A stretch of 64,000 nucleotides of DNA, taken from IMG/VR virus record IMGVR_UViG_2645727757_000001, positions 1-64,000 of that record, one strand, 5' to 3'. Shown piece after piece: positions 51,401-59,239 of the stretch (positions within the stretch are counted from its first letter, which is position 1; each line of letters opens with the position of its first letter). A program made the translations under genes and the position numbers. The notes below the pieces were generated by a model. The model searched no databases. It saw only the letters and a list, made by a program, of their open reading frames with translations, and was not told the origin of the DNA. The stretch is from a virus. Lineage: Duplodnaviria; Caudoviricetes.

Positions 51401-51647
51401 TACTTTCACAATTTCAAATGATGATTTACCTGTTATTTCACATAGAAGTTTTGATAAACTTATTACGAGTACAGTCACATCAAGTAATTGGATTAACTTC
51501 AATTTAAGTGATTATGATTGTGTTTTTGGAAATAATGATCCCACTTTCTACAGTGATATGTATAATATTGCAGATTTTAAGATCTATAATAAAGTATTAA
51601 CAGACAGTGAAATAATGGCTATTTTTCACAAAAGAAACTATATATAA
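48474..51647 (+). CDS. Tail fibre/spike with Asp-box (BNR) beta-propeller and C-terminal LamG/ConA-like domain
   Basis: N-terminal L..AEFGFCKDTDEIFIG, IVNNLTTGG..SALSAEQGKVL and EIVQARGG..L.KRL virion-anchor motifs; Asp-boxes KSNDNGASW, RSINNGLTF, VSKDLGETW, LSQDKGDTW; FTFSFWMK...IADFKIYNKVLTDSEI. Confidence 0.8.
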   Translation: MALKFQKIIMKNGNKIKLPKLNVAEFGFCKDTDEIFIGSINNNIEIAKKSHVDEVEKTLIDKINKLPKVPRIVNNLTTGGEDSALSAEQGKVLNSQLTEIANDFDEAVANVTNGNENATNSEIVQARGGKVNLNKRLDDFDSQLSDIETKKANLDTVFTMANMGQDIKESMTGGSVAVVGIDSVLTENIVDKQVTAEKTNFINVTKSINVFNQEEAVLGKYQQNATQVIVNNERYMVAIYVKEGDVIRATYNSTLADNPCQIFDKDGNRVGYKNTLEDYTVVSNSNWQKSYWQATMPSGSYKIIINGKISQMPYNMVTINNNFPGEYIEYFKKLGLDEDIEINAIKPLKEDLISMKENIFNIEDRLSEKQQLPMIEIDNSYMSILDMLSDVKIQNGEEITITIPPRDEVLKNATIRLGLHKSELVNNNDWNEIYSDAFDKNFNGIRFFDGEEELEYNILSYGNYDFIKEYNFFTQSRAGIKCFSDNSLVINRGTSGICKSNDNGASWIPLCGGISGAGRLLIFIDSKDNMYVMDTNDFKVYRYSPDDNHTNGIVCLDLSEKKQVCGDIQEAPNGYLFFGTYQDAYGLGGTVYRSINNGLTFQKVFHNAEVQHVHNISINKYTNPVEIFVGFDHQDVRGARCFVSKDLGETWTDVDIPYRNRDYAFDYCEENLYLGCGEANILGGVTIYKTTDYNDKRLYKTVANNKQGMRTIINIGDGRLLAGGCSGGTNQIPQLYLSQDKGDTWKTIWCEDLQSSGSAGNYVRFFTPHIVPKGADKKQILISGFGQPYTLRCFFGEDNYYAIAYVNVGDIPTSGKTIKLKTGYVINKDCSKDMKVEPEGLAFNVKFDKPNSLQDSVSGKEVFVENALIDSADLFEDNFLPRKIYQNKVLCLKNNSINLGKFKNLSFNKGFTFSFWMKAKEYADMREDNTRHPIIRFGNFKIVIKSNKLVIYNNNNLLASVDLYIASLCSEGYNLYTFTISNDDLPVISHRSFDKLITSTVTSSNWINFNLSDYDCVFGNNDPTFYSDMYNIADFKIYNKVLTDSEIMAIFHKRNYI

Positions 51648-51726
51648 TATTATATATAGTTTAAATTTAATGATTAATTGAAATAAATTGCGAATCAATA
51701 TCTAATTTAAATAAAGTAGGTTGAAA

Positions 51727-52836
51727 ATGAATAATAAGAATTTAAATAAAAATCTTAATAATGGTATAACAGGACCTTCTATTTTGAATAATGAAGAAGA
51801 ATATATTGAAAATATAGTAATTGATATACCAGACAAAAAACCAATAATAGCTAAGTTCAAAATACCTGCAAAGCCTAAACATGAACACGAAGTAAAAATG
51901 TGGGATAAGATAAACAAGTTTGAAGAAAGAACTTGGGATAAAAACAAAGTAGGATATAAGACAGGCTTTGAATCATTAGATAAAGCATTTGACGGAGGAT
52001 TAAAACCTGGATTTATAATTATAGCTGCCGATAGTAATATTGGAAAAACTGCCGTTATTTCCCAGATGGCTGAACAGGTAGCCCGTTTAAATAATAATGT
52101 TTATGTACTTGATTTTAGTTTAGATGATCCTATGGTAGATAAGCTATCAAGAGTAGTAAGTTGTGCCAATAAAGTAATAATTAATGCTGTAAAAAGCCCA
52201 TTAAATTATACCCAATTTCCTGATATGTTAGCTAGAAGAAAGAACGGTATAAATAAGCTAAGAGCTATGACATCATCGTATGCTGCTTATGATGCAAATG
52301 ATACTACTTTTATTGAAGATATAGAAGAAATAATAACAAGTACATTAATAGATTTTGAGGCTAATGGAATCAAAAAGAATCTAGTTATTTTTATTGATAA
52401 CTTCCATGATCTTAATATAAAAAATAGACCAGACCTACAAGATAAAAATAAATATGACTATATAGCTCAATGGGCTGCTGATATATCTATAAAATATGAT
52501 ATTCCTTTTGTATGTTCAGCGGAGTTAAAGAAATTAAATTCTACTCGTAGACCTGTTTTGGATGATATAAGAGAGAATGTAAAGATAAAATATGAAGCAA
52601 AAGCAGTAATGCTAGTTTATAACGAAGTTCACTATAAGGGTGAAGGAGCGGAAGTTTATTATGAACGAAGTGATGTTAATGGTAAACAACCAGTATTAGA
52701 ATTACATTTTGCCAAAAATAAAATAAGTTCATTTAAGGGAAGATTATTTTTTGAATTCTTTCCAGAAATGTCTTATATAAGTCCATCGAGTGAAAAAGCC
52801 TCTAAAGCTTATTTGAATAATATTTATAGTTCTTAG
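51727..52836 (+). CDS. DnaB-like replicative helicase (SF4, motor domain only)
   Basis: GYKTGFESLD..FDGG, Walker A AADSNIGKT, FSLDD, IFIDNF, RRPVLDDIRE, AKNK; start ATG 51727 or TTG 51721. Confidence 0.85.
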   Translation: MNNKNLNKNLNNGITGPSILNNEEEYIENIVIDIPDKKPIIAKFKIPAKPKHEHEVKMWDKINKFEERTWDKNKVGYKTGFESLDKAFDGGLKPGFIIIAADSNIGKTAVISQMAEQVARLNNNVYVLDFSLDDPMVDKLSRVVSCANKVIINAVKSPLNYTQFPDMLARRKNGINKLRAMTSSYAAYDANDTTFIEDIEEIITSTLIDFEANGIKKNLVIFIDNFHDLNIKNRPDLQDKNKYDYIAQWAADISIKYDIPFVCSAELKKLNSTRRPVLDDIRENVKIKYEAKAVMLVYNEVHYKGEGAEVYYERSDVNGKQPVLELHFAKNKISSFKGRLFFEFFPEMSYISPSSEKASKAYLNNIYSS

Positions 52837-52847
52837 GGAGGGATGTT

Positions 52848-53228
52848 ATGAATAGAATTAAGCCTAAAATAAGTAAAGAAATAGAATGTGATAAACATAT
52901 AAAAGAACTAAAAGAATATTTAGAAAACATGGATAAATGTATTCAAAATATAATTAAAGAAATTATAGAAGATGTCATAAATGATAAAGGAAAGTTGAAT
53001 ACATTGTACCTTAAAACTGACTTTGGAAAAATGACTTATAATATTAGACTTTATTCATCTGAAACTAAAAATACTGTATGTAAATCTTATTCATTAGATA
53101 TGCTACTTAAAAGTTGCATTAATGAAGATCATTTTAAATATGAGTTTAATAAAGTAGTTAGGCAATTAATATTAGAAGTAGAATCAAATAATCCATCAAA
53201 TAATAAAAATAATATATGGATAGGGTGA
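52848..53228 (+). CDS. Hypothetical protein
   Basis: Strong RBS gggagg; 126 aa. Confidence 0.55.
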   Translation: MNRIKPKISKEIECDKHIKELKEYLENMDKCIQNIIKEIIEDVINDKGKLNTLYLKTDFGKMTYNIRLYSSETKNTVCKSYSLDMLLKSCINEDHFKYEFNKVVRQLILEVESNNPSNNKNNIWIG

Positions 53229-53233
53229 TAAAA

Positions 53234-53623
53234 ATGAGTAATATAGAAATGCAAAAAATAGGTGATTTAAAAGAAATTCACGAAAAACCACTTTTTTCAT
53301 CTTATGAAAAAAGAAGAATTACAGAAGATATGCTTTTAGACAAAAGCGTTGGTAGGACAAATTTAGATATTTTTTCAGAGGAAGAAAAATTTTATACTTG
53401 CTTACAATATGATCCGTGTCCTATATGTAGGAAATGTTTAAATAAAGCTAGTAATTTATATGTAAGATGCCAAAACTGTGCAATACCAATATGTGCACAC
53501 TCACATGATGTGAAAGAAAAAATGATTAAAAGAAAGAATTTTGAAATTAAACTTCCAGATAGGGATTTAGAAAATATCGAAAAATTTATAGAAGGGAGTA
53601 AAATTAAAAATGGATTATTATAA
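53234..53623 (+). CDS. Zinc-finger protein
   Basis: C...DPCPICRKC and CQNCAIPICAH; RBS gggtg suggests the ATG at 53234. Confidence 0.55.
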   Translation: MSNIEMQKIGDLKEIHEKPLFSSYEKRRITEDMLLDKSVGRTNLDIFSEEEKFYTCLQYDPCPICRKCLNKASNLYVRCQNCAIPICAHSHDVKEKMIKRKNFEIKLPDRDLENIEKFIEGSKIKNGLL

Positions 53624-53885
53624 GGGAAATGATACTAGTGTATCTCAATTTTTAAATGGTAAAGATGGTGTAATTCCAAAACCACCAAGAAAAGGCGAAA
53701 TAATTAAATGTCTTGTATGTGGTGAACCAATGCCTCCAAGTGCATTTTCTAAAATTCCATCAGTAAGAAAAAGAGAGTTTAAATGGCAATGCCATGAAAA
53801 ATGTATTAATTATATGTTAGATGTATGCGATAGAGAAACTACAGGATTACTAGCGGAAAGAAAAAATGATCCTACATATAAATAA
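53610..53885 (+). CDS. Small zinc-finger protein
   Basis: CLVC...CHEKC. Confidence 0.55.
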   Translation: MDYYKGNDTSVSQFLNGKDGVIPKPPRKGEIIKCLVCGEPMPPSAFSKIPSVRKREFKWQCHEKCINYMLDVCDRETTGLLAERKNDPTYK

Positions 53886-54600
53886 TATTATTGATTATTC
53901 TATATGTCCTATGAAATATTTTCTTTCTCAAAAAATAAATATAAATGAAATAAATATAGATGAAAAATATAATAATGCAGTTAAAAGCACTATATTTTCA
54001 TATTTTTATAAAATACAAAACAAAGAAAGTGCTAATTATTCAAGTCTTAAAAGAATATTCGGTAATCTTTGGATAGGAGAAAAGAGCATTGATGAAATTA
54101 TTTTTAAAGAGCCTACATCCTGGAGAGATAAAGAAGATTTCTATAGGAAAAGAGGTATAAAAGCTTTCTATAAATTCCATGAAAGTTTTAAAAATGATAT
54201 TAAATATCCAATACTAATTAACCATGATTACGAGGTTAAAGTAAATAAAAATTTAACTATAAAAGGCACAATAGACTTGATAAGAGAAGATAATGGAGAT
54301 TTAGAGCTTTTAGATATTAGGACTGGAGATACTGTAAGTGAAAATTCTTATATAAATAAAAATTTAAGAATAATATCTTCATGTTATGCCTTTGAAAAAC
54401 TATTTGATATTAAACTAAAAAAAGTTTATTCATATGGATTTGATAAAAATTCATTAACTATAATATCTAAAAATAATGATTATACTGAATTTGAAAAAGC
54501 AATAATCAATATAGCTAAGTGCATATACAATAATTTAGTTTATATTTCTCCAGGATCACATTGTATTAAATGTGCTTATAAAAATAAATGCAGAATATAG
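53866..54600 (+). CDS. Cas4/RecB-like PD-(D/E)XK nuclease with Fe-S staple
   Basis: N-terminal YSICPMKY, GTIDLI..ELLDIRTG, C-terminal HCIKCAYKNKC. Confidence 0.75.
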   Translation: MILHINNIIDYSICPMKYFLSQKININEINIDEKYNNAVKSTIFSYFYKIQNKESANYSSLKRIFGNLWIGEKSIDEIIFKEPTSWRDKEDFYRKRGIKAFYKFHESFKNDIKYPILINHDYEVKVNKNLTIKGTIDLIREDNGDLELLDIRTGDTVSENSYINKNLRIISSCYAFEKLFDIKLKKVYSYGFDKNSLTIISKNNDYTEFEKAIINIAKCIYNNLVYISPGSHCIKCAYKNKCRI

Positions 54601-54617
54601 GAGTAAAAAATATATTA

Positions 54618-54763
54618 TGATAGAACTAAAAATGAATGATGGTAAGAAATTAGTCATTAGTGATGACAACACTATTTATTCAAATACAAAAACAATTTCA
54701 ACACTTGAAGATGAAAATAATAAAATTATTGATATAAAAGATATATCTGAAATTCAAAAATAG
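54618..54763 (+). CDS. Small hypothetical protein
   Basis: aggag RBS at ~54599 followed by ATG; fills the gap in the operon. Confidence 0.4.
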
Positions 54764-54788
54764 ATATATAATTTTGCGAGGGTTTTTA

Positions 54789-55313
54789 ATGAAGAAACAA
54801 ACAAAAACGGTTCTTGCATTAGATGCTTCTTTATCATCGACTGGTTATGCAATAATTGATTATAACTTAAAACCAATATTAATAAATAGAATTTGTACTG
54901 ACACAAGGGTTAGTGAAGAAGAGAGAATAAGAACTATAGTTAACGATATTGTTGGCTTATGTGTTGTTTATAATATTAAGGAAGCTGTAATTGAGGATCA
55001 GCATTTTAGTATTAATAAAAAAACTGCGATGCAATTATCAAGGCTAAGAGGTGCGATAACTTATGCCTTGATGGAAAAGAATATAACAGTTAGCACCATA
55101 GCACCTACTACCACTAAAAAGGTTTTTTGCGGACGTGGAAATGCAAGTAAAGAAGATGTTGCTGCGGAAGTTTTAAACAAATATCCTAATAACACTTTAA
55201 TAAGAAAAATAGGTCCATTTTCAGACAAATCAGGCAAAAATAAAACTAGTGATATGTATGATGCCTTATGTATAGGGTATTCATATATAGTAGGGAATAG
55301 AAATGAAAAATGA
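54789..55313 (+). CDS. ruvC: RuvC-like Holliday junction resolvase
   Basis: VLALDASLSSTGYA, AVIEDQ, P...KK...G.GNASKEDV, DMYDALCIG. Confidence 0.85.
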   Translation: MKKQTKTVLALDASLSSTGYAIIDYNLKPILINRICTDTRVSEEERIRTIVNDIVGLCVVYNIKEAVIEDQHFSINKKTAMQLSRLRGAITYALMEKNITVSTIAPTTTKKVFCGRGNASKEDVAAEVLNKYPNNTLIRKIGPFSDKSGKNKTSDMYDALCIGYSYIVGNRNEK

Positions 55314-56142
55314 TTTAGAAGTTTATAATAAAATACACAATTTAGTTATTGAATTTCAAAATGGGAACAAGGATAGCGGATTAGAGCTTTTAGAGTGTTT
55401 TAAAAATTATACTAATAAATATGTAGATTTAATTAAATTTGGGATATTTGAAACAAAAAATAAAAGTTTAAAAAAGTTTATATCAATATTTTTTAGAAAT
55501 ATTAACTGGAAACTATACAAAGATTTTAATAATCCAGATAACTTAAACTTCTGGAATAATAGAGCACAAAGAATCTCTTCGATATTTGGGGATATATCAA
55601 AGGAAGAGGTTACTTCAATAGTTCAGTATTCAATATTAAAAATGGCCAAGATTTATAATTCAAAGAATCCTACATTCCATACTTATATAAGCAGATGCTT
55701 ACATTATTTTATTTACAATGAAGTAAAGAAATTAATTAAAGATCCTGTAGCAAATTCAATAGATTTGTATTGTGATAATTTAGATAAATGTACATTAGCT
55801 GAAATGATTATGCTTAATAAGACTAATTTTTATGAGGATTCATACCAAAGAGATCAGATAGATGAAAGAATTAATATTGAATTTGAAATAAACAAATCCG
55901 ATATATCAATAAAATCTAATAACTTAGAATCTATGGAAGACAGCTTTCTTGATATAAATTGGATTAATGGTATTACTTGTAGTGAACAGTTTAAAGAACT
56001 TACTCCTTTTGAAAGAAAAATAATATTAGATCACACTATTTACAAGAAAACAGATACTCAAATAGCTAATGAGTATGGATGTGTTAGAGCAACAATAAAT
56101 AGAAAAAGATTAAAAGCAATCAGTAAAATAAAATTGCTTTAA
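55303..56142 (+). CDS. Phage-encoded sigma70-family sigma factor
   Basis: LVIEFQNGNKDSGLELL (region 1.2/2.1-like), FHTYI (region 2.3), LTPFERKII...TDTQIANEYGCVRATINRKRLKAISKIK (region 4 HTH). Confidence 0.75.
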   Translation: MKNDLEVYNKIHNLVIEFQNGNKDSGLELLECFKNYTNKYVDLIKFGIFETKNKSLKKFISIFFRNINWKLYKDFNNPDNLNFWNNRAQRISSIFGDISKEEVTSIVQYSILKMAKIYNSKNPTFHTYISRCLHYFIYNEVKKLIKDPVANSIDLYCDNLDKCTLAEMIMLNKTNFYEDSYQRDQIDERINIEFEINKSDISIKSNNLESMEDSFLDINWINGITCSEQFKELTPFERKIILDHTIYKKTDTQIANEYGCVRATINRKRLKAISKIKLL

Positions 56143-56170
56143 GTATTATTTAGAAAGGAGAAAGTAGATT

Positions 56171-56674
56171 ATGCCTAATGTAGAAAGCAATAAAGAAGTA
56201 GGAAGTCAAGATATTTACAAAAATGCTTTACAAGTTGCATTAGTTGGGGGAGCATTATTTGCTGGAGTTAAAGGAAGTAAAGCAATAAAAAAAGCTTTTA
56301 GAAATACAAAGACTAATTTTCAGAAGACTAAAGCAGGAAAAATTGTAAATGGTATTAAAAATAGCGGAAAAGATTTTACTCCAGGTAAAGCAGACTTTGT
56401 TGGCCCACTTAGTAAATCACAAGCTAATGAAATTAATATGGATGCTATGTTTAAACAAAGAGGTGGATTTACCCCACATGATCCAAAAGCCAAAGCTGTT
56501 GATACCGATAAATTCTTAAAAAGATGGGCTTCAGAAGAAGAACTTAGTAGAAATGCTGTATTTGAAAAAAGAGGTGGATTTAGCCCACACGATGCAAGTA
56601 TTAATCCTAAAACTTACAACAATTATGTTGATAGGTGGGGTGGAGCTGATAATTTGAGTTTTAGACAAAAATAA
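56171..56674 (+). CDS. Small membrane-anchored protein with an internal duplication
   Basis: VALVGGALFAGVKG hydrophobic segment; AMFKQRGGFTPHD / AVFEKRGGFSPHD repeats; RBS aaggag. Confidence 0.6.
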   Translation: MPNVESNKEVGSQDIYKNALQVALVGGALFAGVKGSKAIKKAFRNTKTNFQKTKAGKIVNGIKNSGKDFTPGKADFVGPLSKSQANEINMDAMFKQRGGFTPHDPKAKAVDTDKFLKRWASEEELSRNAVFEKRGGFSPHDASINPKTYNNYVDRWGGADNLSFRQK

Positions 56675-56678
56675 AAGT

Positions 56679-56702
56679 AGGTAGGTTCATATGAACCTAC
56701 CT
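56679..56702. terminator. Bidirectional terminator at the strand-convergence point
   Basis: Perfect palindrome aggtaggttcatatgaacctacct flanked by A and T tracts, between convergent genes. Confidence 0.75.
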
Positions 56703-57644
56703 TTTTAAATAGAATTTTCTTGCATTAGAAAGAGAATTATTTCCCAAAAATTCTTTTAATTCTATAGAGGACATACCTTCTTCTATAGATTTCATTGCCT
56801 TAGTGTTTCTTAGCATACTTGGATTACATTTTTTATTGAAAGGTAGTTTACTTTTACCCATATTAGATAATAAACGTTGAACACCTCTAGGTCCAAGCCT
56901 ATCTCCACGTTCACCTAAAAATAGATATTCAACTTTAACATCTCTACCTTTTTTTAATCCCCTTGCTACAGCTCTTCCTCTTTCTCTGTAGTAAGGTTCT
57001 AATAAATTAGTGCAATATGAACTTAATTTAAATTTCCTATTTATTTTATCATTTTTTACTATGTACAAGGTATTTTCTTGCAAATCATCTAATTTTAAAT
57101 TACATAATTCACTTAATTTTATTCCTGTATTTATTAAAATAGCTGCTACAAGTCTATCCCTATATGGATATCTACTTTTTATGTAATTAGATAATAATAA
57201 TTCTATTTGCCAATCTTCCATTAGCTTAAAATTAAATCTTGTATCTACAATTTTATTATATAATTTAACAGGATCATTATTTATTTCTTTATATTCTTCT
57301 CTTAAAAAAGAATAAAATAAATCCAAACTACATATCTTTCTTGAATTAGTTGTATCTGAATTTCTTCTTTTATCAAATGAAAAATCAATATAATTTAGTA
57401 TATATTCATCCGAAATATTTCCCAACTTTTCTAATGAAACATTGTAATAATCTACATCATTAAACAATTTATCTTCATCTTCTTTGTATCTAATATACTT
57501 TAAAAATAATACTAAATCAGAAACATAATTCTTAATTGTCAAATCCTTATAGTCTTTTTCTTCCATATAATTTATGAATTTATTAAAATAAGTAGGATAG
57601 ATTAATTTAGTATGTGTACTATGTACATTATCCACAATACTCAC
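56697..57644 (-). CDS. XerC/D-family tyrosine recombinase-like protein with a degenerate active site
   Basis: SAM-like N-domain (TIKNYVSDL..F; T.SRKICSL..FYSFL), RDRL...TGIKLSELCNL, YLFL..RG.RL, PSMLRNT, FLGNNS; true start may be the GTG at 57635. Confidence 0.8.
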   Translation of the reverse strand: MSIVDNVHSTHTKLIYPTYFNKFINYMEEKDYKDLTIKNYVSDLVLFLKYIRYKEDEDKLFNDVDYYNVSLEKLGNISDEYILNYIDFSFDKRRNSDTTNSRKICSLDLFYSFLREEYKEINNDPVKLYNKIVDTRFNFKLMEDWQIELLLSNYIKSRYPYRDRLVAAILINTGIKLSELCNLKLDDLQENTLYIVKNDKINRKFKLSSYCTNLLEPYYRERGRAVARGLKKGRDVKVEYLFLGERGDRLGPRGVQRLLSNMGKSKLPFNKKCNPSMLRNTKAMKSIEEGMSSIELKEFLGNNSLSNARKFYLKR

Positions 57645-57677
57645 CTCTTATTTATTAGTCTATATTTTATACAAAAT

Positions 57678-57686
57678 ATTATACCA
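57678..57686 (-). promoter_or_regulatory. Extended -10 promoter for the Xer-like gene
   Basis: Minus strand reads TGGTATAAT, with TTGATT 16 bp upstream, overlapping the terminator hairpin. Confidence 0.5.
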
Positions 57687-57720
57687 AAAAAATTAGACTA
57701 ATCAAATGATTAGTCTAATT
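57686..57720 (-). terminator. Intrinsic terminator
   Basis: aattagactaatca-aa-tgattagtctaatt inverted repeat; run of 7 T on the minus strand. Confidence 0.8.
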
Positions 57721-57805
57721 TCCACCACTCACAAAAAGGTAAGAATTGAAATAAAGAATTTGTTTTAACTCCGCAAGAATTTATAACACACTCTATGCAC
57801 ACGTC
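57686..57805 (-). ncRNA. Candidate ~120-nt small RNA
   Basis: Minus-strand TTGACA(57835-57840)-17bp-TAAACT(57812-57817) promoter, no ORF beyond 4 codons, ends in a hairpin plus U7. Confidence 0.55.
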
Positions 57806-58237
57806 ATAATAAGTTTAACATTTTAATACTTAATTGTCAATAATTTCAAAATAAAATTTAATCAAATTAATTTTATAATTTACCATTTTCTAGAATTGCA
57901 CTAAATCTACATTTAGCGAAATTTATCGAAAAAAATACATAAGACAAGAATGGCTCAACCAAGCCATTTGTAAGCTTTTTTACATATAGTGGAAAATGAT
58001 TTACCGTAATTGAATTTCATTGTGCAGTATGTACAGTATGTAAATAGGAAATTTTTTTAAGAAACTTAGACCTGATTCATTAAGAATTTTTACTGGAATT
58101 ATATGTATTTTATATTAAAAATTGCAATTTAGATTTCTATAAAAAAATAATTTCAAGAATTTTTTAAAAGCTATAATTACACAATTAAAATTAACTTAAA
58201 ATATTATTTTCGACAAAAAAGATATTAAAAAACCAAA

Positions 58238-58277
58238 AATACCTAGTAAAATATAAAATTATATTTCACTAGGTATT
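58238..58277 (-). terminator. Inverted repeat downstream of the leftward gene cluster
   Basis: aatacctagt...actaggtatt with a T-tract on the minus strand. Confidence 0.65.
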
Positions 58278-58296
58278 AAGGAAATTAATATTGTTA

Positions 58297-58560
58297 TTAG
58301 CATTTTAACTTTTCTACATTAGCATTTTGTAATCCCATAGCTATAATGAAACTATATCTAGTGACAATAACATCATCTAAATCAGTTGGTATTTTAATAT
58401 TATTTGCAAAAGATATTCTAAGAAGCATATCTAATATTTGATCTTTATATGCTACTTTATTTTCAGTCATCAAATAAATAAGCCTTTGAATTACATTGTA
58501 GGATTCTTTGCTGCCTACTGCTAAACCATAATTATAATACTTTTTTTCTTCATTCTTCAT
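58297..58560 (-). CDS. Hypothetical protein
   Basis: RBS aggagag; 87 aa. Confidence 0.55.
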   Translation of the reverse strand: MKNEEKKYYNYGLAVGSKESYNVIQRLIYLMTENKVAYKDQILDMLLRISFANNIKIPTDLDDVIVTRYSFIIAMGLQNANVEKLKC

Positions 58561-58715
58561 GTTTTATCTCTCCTAATTTTTATTAATATAATTACATTCC
58601 ACATAGTTAAACTAAAAATTATTTTAATAAACTCCGCATAGTTAAGATAAAACTATATTTCAAACAAATTATACTAGATAAGTTTGAATACATAACTATT
58701 ATACACTAAAATACA

Positions 58716-59207
58716 TTATTCTACAATATCAGTTATGTTTTTAAGAATAAAATCTCTAAATTCTTTTTGAGGTAAAGAAAGACTATATCTTATATCTAGC
58801 TTATCTATTTTGTTGCAAATTAAATAAGCATCTTCACGTTTTTCAAGTATTCTTTGCAACATAATTTTCACATCTAATAGAAATTTAAAATTATTTTTTA
58901 TATTACTAATAGTTTCTTTGCTAGGATGATCTTCTCTTTCTTTTAATATACTATATACAGCAACAGGTCTGTTTAACCCCCTAGCTTCTACTAATATAGT
59001 ATCTCCAGTATTTAAATTTTTATAATAAACTGAATCATTTTCTACTATAGCATCAAAGACAAAACTAGTAGAAATATTTTCATTAACTCTATTTGCTACA
59101 TCTTCTTTGACACTTATCCATATTCCTTCTCCATTACCGTTTTGATAAGATTCATAATCGTAAGGTAAATTTGCTTTTATTAGTTTTTCATTAGATTTAT
59201 TCATCAT
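58716..59207 (-). CDS. Hypothetical phage protein
   Basis: IKANLP....Y..GNGEGIW and NDSVYY motifs; RBS aaggg. Confidence 0.55.
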   Translation of the reverse strand: MMNKSNEKLIKANLPYDYESYQNGNGEGIWISVKEDVANRVNENISTSFVFDAIVENDSVYYKNLNTGDTILVEARGLNRPVAVYSILKEREDHPSKETISNIKNNFKFLLDVKIMLQRILEKREDAYLICNKIDKLDIRYSLSLPQKEFRDFILKNITDIVE

Positions 59208-59239
59208 CTTTTATTTCCCTTCTTCTCTGTGCAATTTAC

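Noticed and set aside
4865-51947. Numerous short (-) strand ORFs overlapping the long (+) genes (e.g. 8210..8569, 13775..14296, 39809..40267)
   Set aside because: Antisense shadows of AT-biased coding frames; Ser/Leu/Phe-rich, with no RBS or motifs
53866-54600. CRISPR-Cas locus based on the Cas4-like gene
   Set aside because: No cas1/cas2 or array; context is replication/recombination
57645-58716. tRNA or rRNA genes in the intergenic gaps
   Set aside because: No cloverleaf or T-loop (GTTCGA) signatures seen
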